A stretch of 47,554 bases of DNA, filler included, from Jimgerdemannia flammicorona (lineage: Eukaryota), in the NCBI GenBank assembly GCA_003990765.1. It is 2 parts of 2 records of this genome, joined end to end, with 100 filler letters (N's around TTAATTAATTAA, not from the genome) between each part and the next. Parts side by side here need not be neighbours in the genome. Positions count along the whole stretch, not along the records: positions 1 to 23,728 come from RBNJ01001072.1; 1 more part is not named here. One strand, given 5' to 3'. How positions within the stretch are numbered: position 1 is the stretch's first letter; each line of letters starts with the position of its first letter. Shown here one piece after another: positions 13,080-23,828 of this stretch. The notes beneath the pieces were generated by a model that was not told the DNA's origin, searched no databases, and worked only from the letters and a program-made list of their open reading frames with translations. Both the position numbers and the translations under genes were made by a program.

Positions 13080-13450
13080 AGACATTTCAGCACCTACATA
13101 TATGGAGATATTGGAGGACAAAAGGCAAAGATCCTTATAGACACAGGAGCAGCTGCCTGTGTCATTGCCAAATGATTTCTGGACACCCTCCAATAGCCCA
13201 TTGATGGACCATCCAACCTCAGTATCATAGTAGCAGATGGAGCCCAAACTCAACCCCTTGGAGAAGTACAAAATATCACCATCTCTCTTAGACACATTCA
13301 GTTCTCCATCCTGAAAGCTATTGTCACTGAAGCTGTCACCTATGACATGATTCTTGGCACCAACTGGATGAAGGAAATGAATGAAGTTGTTGACATTGGT
13401 CAACAGGTACTCAAGTTTGACTATCAAGGCAAAAAGTATAGAGTTAAGGT
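13080..13450 (+). pseudogene. Retropepsin aspartic protease domain
   Basis: KILIDTGAAACVI (~13128-13167) and MILGTNWM. Confidence 0.9.
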
Positions 13451-14754
13451 GACCAGCTATGAGCAATCGAAGAAGAAGAAGAAGGTCATTATTCAGGAGG
13501 AATATATCAGTAGTGAAGAATCCACCACAGAAGAAGAGAAAGAATCTGAAGATGGAAATGATCCCAGACTCAATCCCTAAATTAATCTGGTGAATGACAG
13601 ACCAGAAGACAATGTGTGGGCTAAGAACACCATCCCTATTACCATTGGAGCCATTGTAGGAGAAATCAAAGGATGCCATACCTGCCTCAAGAGATAATAG
13701 TGTCCCAAGCATTCCTCCAAGATCATGGGAATAAGTAAATCGCCTGGCACAGCCTGCCCAGAGTGCAGAAGGAAGAAGAAGAAATACAGACATATTCCAG
13801 AAACACCTGCAGCCAAAGCTGTAGAAGTGCAAGAAATATGGAGACAAGAATTATCTGAAGAAGAAGAAGTTCCTGACCAAGAAGTTCTTGAACAAGAAGC
13901 ACCCAAAAAGGAAGAAGTCCCTGAACTCATTCCCTGGGATGACCCTTGCTGGACACCTCCTGAAGACAATGACCCTTGGAATATGGAAGAAGGACTCAGT
14001 ATAATCACCATTATCTCCAAGAAAGAAACTAACCAAGAAAAGGCTTTTTGGCTAGGAAGATGTCCACACCAAATGGTCTTCCACTCTCCCTGAAACTACT
14101 GCTATCAGTGCCATCTACTAGACCAACAGAAAAGACAGAGACCCCAGAGACCAGAACCTCCAAACATAGTTGCACAGTCAACTACCTTCCAAGAAGTTAC
14201 CACTAAGTTGCAAAGCTGATTCAGAGAACAAGACCTCTTCATCTGGACAGAAGTATACCCCTTGTCTACTCTTCTACCAACTTATGACCAAGATGGGTAC
14301 CAATTCCCAAGACAACAAGAGATCAACAACCAGGAACATTATTTCTGAGCAATGGAATATTGCAACCATAGAAGACACCCAGACTGCTGAGACTGCAGGC
14401 ATCAGAAGATCCATCTCAGTCATGATGTTGCAGTCCATACTTTGAAGAGAGGAGATAACCGAAACCATATCCAAAAAAGCCAGACCAAAAAGCCAGGAAG
14501 AAGGACCCTCAAGATCTACAATTTAGGAGAAGACATCCTAGCTCTCATCAGACATGCAACCCACCAAGAATGGATAGAAGATGCCACCAACTTCATAGAA
14601 ACCCTAGACCCTACAGGAAGAAGAGGAATCAACTATCTCTGAGATCCTTCTACTGGAGCCAGATGGCCACACCTCAACCTTAGAGCTTGGAGGCTCTTTG
14701 CTAGTAGAGCTTTAGCCTCAGGTCAGCCTGAACTCAGCAAGGATATTGCCCAGT

Positions 14755-15152
14755 ATGTCCTGCTACATCCCAAGGCCAAACCCCCAATCAAAGCACACCC
14801 AGAAGATATAGGATATGATCTTCACAGTCTAGAGGATGAATCCATCAAGCCTGGAAAATCATTCATGATCAGAACTGAACTAGTCATGCAGCTACCTCAA
14901 GGAACTTACATATAATTGATCTCAAGGTCTGGACTTGCCAGACAAGGAATAACCATAGAAGGAGGAACCATTGACCCAGGATATACAGGTGAAATCAAGG
15001 TCATCCTACACAATAGCAGCACAGAGTGGCACTGAATTATTAGAGGACAGAAGATTGCCCAAGCAGTCTTCATGAAGGTCAAGACCCCACAATTACAAGA
15101 AGTCTCCAAACTAACTAAAGGAACAAGACAAGCCAAAGGATTTGAGAGCTCA
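14755..15152 (+). pseudogene. dut: dUTPase domain within Gypsy pol (two in-frame stops)
   Basis: All five trimeric dUTPase motifs are in order: IGYDL, SRSGLA, GGTIDPGYTGEIKV, QKIAQ, TRQAKGFESS. Confidence 0.92.
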
Positions 15153-15559
15153 GAAAAGAAGGAAGTACATCTCCTTCAAGTCAGCCACCTCAAGAGAAAT
15201 ATCTCCCAGCAAGTGTACTACCAACCAGTCAAACTGCACAAGAATCTCATCCTGGAGCCTGGAGAGCAAAGCACCTTCAAAATCTTTGTACCACTGACCC
15301 CAGAAATCTCTTCTTTGAACCCAATGAAGATATCCCACACCTGGACATAGAAGGACACACATTTCCTGACAATATGAATCCAGTACACTCCTGAGCAACC
15401 AACCAAAGTTGGGCGATCATCATCTTGCCAAAAGGAACCATCATAGGACACCTGGTGCCTTTTCTCAGCCGAACTCATAGGGAAGTTTATGAACTAAACT
15501 TGTTGGGAAATGGCAAAAGGTCTCAGAAGAAAGAAAAGGCCCCTCTGTGACCCAAGAGA

Positions 15560-16976
15560 CAGTGAAGCCTTCTACTAACATTGGAGAAGAATTGATATCT
15601 CAACAACAGCAACAACTAGTAGAACTCCTCAACAAATATCAAGATATCTTCACTACTGATTATGGAAATCTGCCATATAACCTATCATATCACTATAGCA
15701 TAAATACAGAAAATGCAACACCCATCTGGCAGAAACCCTATAGAATACCCCATCACTTAAAAACATTCAAAAAGGAGCACATTCAAGAACTCTTAGACAA
15801 TGGAGTCATCTGACCATCTACCAGCCCTTGGGCCAGCCCTATACTTATTGTGGCAAAGAAAGGAGGATGGAGACTCTGTGTAGATTACAGGAAATTCAAT
15901 TTAGTCACTGAAAAGGATGCCTATCCTTTGCCCAGAATTGATGACCTTTTGGATCAGTTATAAGATGCCAGATACTTCAGCAGTATGGACCTTTTTGCAG
16001 GATTCCATAAGATCTCTATGAACTCCAAGGACATTCAAAAGACAGTCTTTCTTGCTCTAGGAAAACTGTTCAAATATCTCTGAATACCCTTTGGACTTTG
16101 CAATACACCCCCCACCTTTCAGAGGATGATGAATTCAGTTTATGTCCCCTTGATCCACCACTGCCTGATTGTATACATGGATGATTCCAATGTCTATTCA
16201 GCAAATTTTGAAGAACACCTACACTACCTAGAGGAATTCTTCAAGCTCACCTGAAAAAACCACTTAAGACTGAATGCAAAGAAATGTTACTTTGGGAAAC
16301 AGAAACTTGAATTTCTTGGATTCATAGTTTCAAAAGAAGGAACCCATGTAGACCCAAAGAAAACTGAAAAGATCAACATTGGCCAGTATCCAAGACCTCA
16401 AAGAAAACATTATCATTCCTGATACTGGTATCCTACTACAGAAGGTTTATCAAGGACTTCACCCAAATTGCTGCCCTAATTCAGATCCTTCTCAAGAAAG
16501 GAGTGTCATTTAAATAGACAGAATCACAAGAAACAGCCTTCAAAGAACTCAAGAACTGCATGACTACAGCACCAATCCTTGTGTGCCCCAATCTACAGAA
16601 GCCATTCATCTTGTATACAGATGCTTCCAAAGATGGCCTAGGAGCAGTTCTAGCCCAAGAAGGACCTGACCAACAACACTATGGGATAGCTTATGCAAGC
16701 CGAGCTACCAATCAGCAGCAGATGAACTATGGCAGCATCAAACTAGAATGTCTTGCAGTCATATGGGTGGTCACCCTGTTTAAGTATTACCTTATTGGAA
16801 AAAGGTTCACCCTGATCACAGACCATGCAGTCCTCAAATGGCTATTCAACTACAAGGAACTCACCAGAATCCTAGCCTGCTGGATCCTTATTCTTCAGAA
16901 TTACAAAATCACCATCATCCACAAAGTAGGGAAAGCCAACAACAATGTTGATGTACTTTTCTGCCAGCCCCAATGA
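15560..16976 (+). pseudogene. pol: Gypsy reverse transcriptase + RNase H
   Basis: [51 protein letters not shown] (~16173), FILYTDASKDGLGAVLAQ, FTLITDHAVLKWL. Confidence 0.95.
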
Positions 16977-16989
16977 ATCAGAAGAAGGG

Positions 16990-18053
16990 TGTCCCAAGAA
17001 ACTATACTCTAAAGGAAGCTCCTCAGACCATCAAGGCACAAGAAGATCTCATCTGAAAAGAACATCAGAAAGCCCACCAGAGACAGGCAAATATAGAAGA
17101 GAAGCTGCAAACAATACACCAACATTGGCTCAACCTCAGAACACAAGTCCAGGACATACTCAAGAAATGTGACACCTGCCAGAAGTACCAAGGAAGAAGG
17201 AATTATCAAGCACCACTGTAACCAATTACACCACCAGACAACATCTTTCAGAGATGGGGAGTAGATATAATCAGACCCCTACCAGTTACACCAAAAAGGA
17301 ACAAATACATCCTTATATTTGTAGAATATCTGATAAAGTGGTCCAAGGCTTTTCCAATGGAAATTGCAGATGTCTTAACCATTGTAGACTTTCTCCATAG
17401 ACTCACACTCAGATATGGACCCCCAGAAGAACTCATCTCTGACCAAGGCATAGAATTCATCAATAACATAATCACAAGTTATGCCTGAATTCATAAGATC
17501 CACCTCAAATGGACTACATCATACCACCCTCAGACCAATGGCATAATAGAAAGAATGAACCAGATCATCAAGAAAGGACTTGCCTGAGGTAATCCTACAT
17601 ATCAATTGGGACCTCTGCTTACCTGAGATCCTATGAGAAATCCAGAACACCCCTGCTGCCTCCACCAAACAAAAGCCATTCGAAATGATGTTTGCCAAGA
17701 AAACCAGAACTGCTGACCATGAGAATCTCGGAGACCTCCTTAAGAAGGCAGAACAGGTATGTAATTAAGCCCAAGGTCAGATTATCAAATCCCAAGAAAG
17801 ATAAAAAAAGTATTATAATCAGAAACAGAAGGATCAGGAGATTAAGATTGGAGATCAAGTACTAGTTTGGAGAAGCATGATTGAAACAAATTTTTCTGCC
17901 AAATTAAAACCCAAATGGGAAGGACCTTATCTTGTATACAATATCAGAGGAACTAGTATCTATTTAAGAAGTATGGATGGATGAACCCTCAGGACACCAG
18001 TATATATCAACTGCCTCAAGATATACCTCTCTCATCATGAACCAGACAATTGA
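16990..18053 (+). pseudogene. Gypsy integrase (HHCC remnant, DDE core, GPY/F)
   Basis: CDTCQK, FQRWGVDII, LISDQGIEF, YHPQTNGIIERMNQ, KLKPKWEGPYLV. Confidence 0.92.
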
Positions 18054-18585
18054 CCAGTACCTCCAGACCCTTGTTCTGAGTTTATTCCAATCACTTCCAG
18101 TTTGCCTTCCACAATTCCAATAAGCCAATGGAAACCCCCTTTGGTAAATCCAGACCCATCAAGAGAACTTCACTTTGGCCAGACATTTACTACAAGTACA
18201 TCAGCTACAGGTCTACTATGCAATTGGAGAACAGTTACAGAACCTTCCAGTAGCAGACCTGACCTACATCAGAAACTCCACTGGCCTCATCTGGAAAAAT
18301 ACCACTGCTGCAGACAGATTGTACACAATCTACAAATGAAATGTCCCAGCCTTGACACAAGCACAATTCCTTTTGAATGATATTCATAATATGAATCCTG
18401 CTACTTACTGGAGCATCATCAATAATATTGAAATCCTGTTTCCAGAAGAAGAAGAAGAACCTAGTGGAGTGACTCTGACCCCAATGAAGATATTGGTTCA
18501 AATATTGATGCTGAAGATGCTTATGCATATTGGAATGATGACTAAAGGATTGTCTGAGGGCAGACCATCCTTTAGTAGAGACTGA
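18037..18585 (+). pseudogene. Extra ORF3 between integrase and 3' LTR, unknown function
   Basis: A single frame of ~182 codons from ATG 18037 to TGA abutting the LTR. Its three internal stops (TAA, TAA, TGA) all revert by C->T. Similar to the ORF at 24150-24794. Confidence 0.7.
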
Positions 18586-19901
18586 TGTGATGAGCAACAG
18601 AATTGTACTACTGAAATCATAAATTAGCCACATACTATATCTAGTACACTAAGTAACCAAGACTGCTTTACTATGCCAACCTGTATATTTAGCCAGAGAT
18701 ATCAGAAACAGTGTGTTTACCTATACCCTCAAGGTATACTATACCCTTAAGAAACACTTGCCATAGTTAGCAATCTATAGTTAGCAACATAGTAACCCAT
18801 AGCAATCACAACTGTATAAATTACCCCAGAGATAAGAGTGAATAAACCTCAGTCCAAATTGAAGTACAAACCAAAGAAGCCTCTAAAGGTTGAGCATTGG
18901 TCCCCTTATTCTCACTCCAGTCTACTTTCTGATACAAAGCTGATTTTGCCACCAAGTTTGAGTAAAGAACTTTGCCACCTTTGGAATTATTGGTATGCTT
19001 GCCAGACTAAGCCTGAAGAATCCGAGTTTGCTGCCCAAGTTTGAGGAAGAACTTCACTACCATTTGAGTAATCCACCACTTAAGAAATAAGCTGCCATTT
19101 TCAAGTTATCTGCATTCCCAGAGAGCCTAAGAGAAAGCCACCTTGCTCAAGCCAGTTTCTGATGCAACTTTGCAGTAAATCTGTTTGTTCAAATGAAGCC
19201 AGTCTTTGATACAACTTTGCTAAGAGACTCTTTCCCAAAAGCCACCCATTATATTTCCCAGTTGAAGCCGCCATTTTCAAGAAGTCTGCCAATTTAAAAG
19301 AATCTACAATATCTGAGTTATCTAAATTATCTGCACCACCCAAGTTATTATTTCCAGAAGCCTGCCAATTCAGGAAGAATCTGCAACATCCAAGTTATCT
19401 GAGTTATCCATGACATCTGAGTTATTCATTTGTTCCTAGTAAAGAATCCACCATCAGTATAATTCTCAGTAAGCTGCCATTTCAGAAGAATCCATATCCC
19501 AAATTGAGTTATCTGCCAAATTACATAAGGAGAACTACCAAATTACCAGATTGTCATGTATAAGAAACCCATCATGCTATACAAGATCATCACCCAGAAT
19601 TTGCATAAGGAACCCACTGTGCCATACAGAGACCATTGTGCTACATATGAAATTCTACCAATTTCCAGTTGACCTAAGAAGGAAATCTATTTACACACAA
19701 ATTGCTGCTACATCTAAAGAACTATCTCAATAAGGAAATTGCTTGCAGATATCCAGCTTTGACTATTATACCACTAAACACCAAGGACCTCAAGAATCTT
19801 AGAACATTTTGTTGCTTTTTGACAAAGTAACTGGGGGCTCAAGTCAAACTACACCAACCCCCAACCTTGTAATTTGCCTCCATTGAGCCAGATATGTTAC
19901 A
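18586..19901 (+). repeat. 3' LTR (~1.3 kb)
   Basis: Starts TGTGATG after a GTCT-GAGGGC-AGAC hairpin and weak purine tract. Ends ...CATTGAGCCAGATATGTTACA like the 5' LTR. Confidence 0.8.
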
Positions 19902-19902
19902 A

Positions 19903-22890
19903 TAGTGCTCAATTTGAATCAAATCCAGATTTGATTTGTCACATAATGGTTTGACTCAAATCTCAAATCTAAAATAATCTGAATTAACTTAGATTAATCT
20001 GAATCACTTCATCTAAATTACTCAATCTAAACTACTTAATTCAAATTACTCAATCTGAACTACTTAATCTGAACTACTCAATCCAAACCACTCAATCCAA
20101 ATTACTCAATCTAAATCACTCAATCCAAGCCACTCAATCCAAATCACTCAATCCAAATCATTCAATCTGAATTCTTTAATCTGAATCATCTAATTTGAAT
20201 TATCTATATGACTTACAGTGATAGCCAAAAGTAAATTAATATTTAGTTTTTATAAATATTTAATTATATTATAATTCTAATATAAAATATTTTAAATTAG
20301 AATTTAACCATTAATAGACTAGTGTCTGAGTTTTGAATAGTATATTTTTATTTTATTTGGATAATTATGAATATTAATATAACTATTTTAAGTTAAATTA
20401 TTCATTGATATACTTTTGAATCTTTTTGGTATATATATAAACCTTTTTTTTTTTTTTTTAGCATATATATTTACATACTGTTAATATTCAAATTTTCATC
20501 ATTATTGTTTCAGACATTCTTTACAACTCTATGTAATATTAATTTAGTTCTATTGTTCTAATTTTCAGATTAGACTATAAATGTTTTTCTCAATAACTTA
20601 GTGAGTTTTCAGTTGATTTTGATGATCTTGATGTCTTTGAAAAATCATTCTTGAGAGCTTTTCAAAGATCCCAAGAATGTTAAATCAGAAGAAAATTCAC
20701 CAAGTTGTCAAGGAAATCATCTAACTCACTAATTCTGAAATGAATGTTTTTCTCAAAATCTCAGTGAATTTTCATTCAATTTTAATATTTATGATATCAT
20801 TGTGAAGCTCTCTATAATAGCTTTCCAATGGTATCAAGATCATCAAAATTAGATAAAATCTCACTAGTTGTTAAGGAAAACATTTGATAGTCTAATTGGT
20901 AAGATAAGTATCAGTATAGTAAAAAGAACTTTCAAAAGACAGATAAAGATAAGTATCAATATGGTAAAAAGAACTCTCAAAAGACAGATATATATATGAA
21001 AGTAAAAAAAACCTCAAGGCACAATACAAATTTCATTGAACTATCCATAATGGCCATAAATGAATATAGCACAACCCCAAAACTGAACTATATACTAGAA
21101 CTCTAAAATTCAATTGCTCAATAACTCAGTGAGATTTCATCTGATTTTCATGATCTTGGTGTCATTGGAAAGCTTTTATAGAGAGCTTCATAATGATATC
21201 ATAAACATTAAAATTGAGTGAAAATTCACTGAGATTTTGAGGGAAATGTTTATTTCAAAATTGGTGAGTTAGATATTTTCCTTGACAACTTGGTGAATTT
21301 TCTTCTGATTTTAACACTCTTGGTATCTTTGGAAAGCTCTCGAGAACGACTTTCCAATGACACCAAGATCATCAAAATCAACTGAAAATTCGTTAAGTTA
21401 TTGAGGCAAACATTTATGGTCTAATTTGGAAATTAGAACAATAGAACTAAATTGATATCATTCAAAAACACTGTAGAGTTGTAAAGAATGTCTGAAACAA
21501 TAATGGATATTGATAGTATGTAAAATGTATGTACTAAAAAAAACAAAAAAGATCAAAAGTATATCAATGGATAATTAACTTAAAATAGTTCTATTAATAT
21601 CTATAATTATCTAAATAAAATAAAACATATACTATTAAAAAGCTCAGTCACTAGTCTATTAATGGTTAATTCTGATTTAAAATGTTTTATATTAGAATTG
21701 TAATATAATTAAATATTAATAGAAACTAAACATTATTATAGTTTTGGCTATTACTGTATATACTAGATATAATTCATTATATATAATATATATATATGTA
21801 AACATATATATATAATTACATATATTCAAATATACAAACACATATATTAATAGATCAGTCTTCAATAGTTTATAGTACTGATGATGCTTCTAGTCAATAG
21901 TTCCATACTTTTTACATAATCCTCATTCTGAAATCTGGTAATATTGTGTTAAGACTGAAGATAATATTATTTGTAATTATTACAGGTAAAAAATTTAAAA
22001 AAAGAAGATATATTTATAATACAACTGATACTTTTATTAGATATATACATAATATTATTTCTACTAATCTCTTATACTATATAGCCAGAAGTTTAAAATA
22101 CTTAGTAGTTCAACTTCAAACATATACTAACATATAAGACAAACACTCTGACAAAATCAAAAAGAATATAGAAATAAATAAAATTGATATCCAAGCTGTG
22201 GTGGGGTACATTTATCTGATTGCTCAACTATTTCTATATCAATAATCCTATTTAATCAAAAAATATTTAGCCATATTCTTCAAAATTGACTCATTTACTA
22301 GATTATATATACAGACCAACTATTCACAATCATCAAGAGCAATTAATTGTATATTACAAGTATGATTTATATCTGCCAAGTTCCAATACTATTCACAAAG
22401 ATATTCTGGAAGTCTATAGGAAGGAGCATAATAATCTTCACTAAACACTTCAGATAAAATAAATAAATGAGAACAATACTGTGACTATTGTTAGCTAAAT
22501 TTTATATATATATAAAAAGAGCTCACCAATTTAATCTTACTTTCAATAAACAGAATTCAGCAGATAGAATTTTATTTATAATTGATCAATATATGGATAT
22601 CCTCTAATGTAATTTCATTTCTGGACATTACCAGTCATTGAATTAATCTCAATTGGTAACTTAAATCTCTTACTCTTGACTTTATCAAACTTGCTAATTT
22701 TTATTCTGGAGAAAATATCATATATATTTTTATTAGTTGTATTATAAAGAGAGAGACATTTTATTGAAGTTATATAGGTCATATATTTCATGCATTACAG
22801 ATGAATGATATAAAATTGATAGAATGGTTTAATTACATATTGACATATCAAGTTGCTATCCCAATACTCCTACTCAATGAGATATATATC
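19903..22890 (+). mobile_element. Heavily C->T-mutated copy of the hAT element seen at 1-793 (terminus, subterminal array, BED exon, transposase remnant), interrupted by a foldback element; right boundary approximate
   Basis: TAGTGCTC...AATTTGAATCAAATCCAGATTTGATTTGTCACA aligns with the reverse complement of 720-793. 21898-21990 aligns without gaps to the reverse complement of 121-213. Confidence 0.85.
20216..21756. mobile_element. Non-autonomous foldback/large MITE with ~650-bp terminal inverted repeats, Tc1/mariner-type ends
   Basis: TA|CAGTGATAGCCAAAA ... TTTTGGCTATTACTG|TA. 20216-~20870 is the reverse complement of ~21115-21756. Short non-coding spacer; TA TSD. Confidence 0.88.

Positions 22891-22892
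<2 letters not shown>

Positions 22893-22956
<64 letters not shown>
22893..22956 (+). repeat. Poly(A) run (~64 nt) at the hAT/Copia junction
   Basis: Homopolymer; no flanking TSD identified. Confidence 0.9.
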
Positions 22957-22958
<2 letters not shown>

Positions 22959-23728
22959 GTATTAAAATATAGACTAGAAATATACAAACTAACTAAGTAA
23001 ATTGATTATTAATCATAAAAACTACATATAAACTAAAGAAAAACTACTTATACCTACTTAGAGAATAAGAAATCTAGTGAAAATACAGGATATAGATCAA
23101 AGATATAGTAGAAATATTCATAATATCCACTCATAAAAATGAGAAATATGGTAAGAAAGCAAGATATAAATATAGATAATGCAAATATAGTAAGGGAGGC
23201 TTTTGAGGATCTGAAAAATATCCAGTAATTATTTGCTAGACTTTACTAAAACACTGGTGTAGAGAGTACATTATCTCATAATATTCAAAAAGAGTTTTAT
23301 TTCTTTAATATATTACTCAAACTTTGCCTTTAAAAGGGCTTTCATAAGTAAATCAGTGATTATGTACTCTGTGGGAATGTATTCCAAGTATATAGTACTA
23401 TTTTCTATACATTCGTATATAAAATAATATTGTATATTGATATGTTTTATTTTACTGTGATGTATTGGGTTCTTGGTAAATGTTATTCAATTGATTGTCT
23501 TGCTTAATTAGTGTAGAGTTCTTTTGAGTAAAGTCAAGCTCTTTTAATAGTTCATAGAGCCATATGTTTTTTTTGTTGCCATTTATAATGCTTGGTACTC
23601 TATCTATATTGATGATGTTGCTATGGAACACTGCTTATATATTTATCATAAGATAACTTCTTTGTCATTTTTGCCAATGTAGAGAAGGTACCTAGTTTGT
23701 AGATTGATAGTTATTGAGATCAGGGGGG
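22957..23728 (-). mobile_element. Ty1/Copia 3' end (RNase H remnant + probable 3' LTR), heavily mutated
   Basis: Minus-strand KQCSIATSS..EYQAL, WLYELLKEL, DNQ, KNPIHHSKIKHINIQYYFIYE and LEYIPTEYIITDLLMKAL are decayed Copia RNase H motifs (HHxRTKHIDIRYHF, ADxLTK). Confidence 0.85.
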
Positions 23729-23828
23729 NNNNNNNNNNNNNNNNNNNNNNNNNNNNNNNNNNNNNNNNNNNNTTAATTAATTAANNNNNNNNNNNNNNNN
23801 NNNNNNNNNNNNNNNNNNNNNNNNNNNN
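23729..23828. other. Assembly gap with artificial six-frame stop linker
   Basis: N44-TTAATTAATTAA-N44 (100 nt). Confidence 0.97.

Larger units (their letters stand above)
9521..19901 (+). mobile_element. Full-length but inactivated Ty3/Gypsy LTR retrotransposon (gag-PR-Cys/His insert-dUTPase-RT-RH-IN-ORF3)
   Basis: Starts TGTAACA and ends TGTTACA. 4-bp TSD ATAG (9517-9520, 19902-19905). Two LTRs and Gypsy domain order PR-RT-RH-IN. Confidence 0.92.

Noticed and set aside
18037..18585. ORF3 as an env gene
   Set aside because: Too short, with no evident signal peptide, furin site or transmembrane anchor.
9085..19910. hAT termini at 9085 and 19903 as the two TIRs of one element enclosing the Gypsy
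   Set aside because: Both read TAGT(G/A)CTC on the + strand (direct, not inverted).
23729..23828. TTAATTAATTAA palindrome within Ns
   Set aside because: Artificial six-frame-stop scaffold linker. It also means adjacency of the two halves of the window is unproven.
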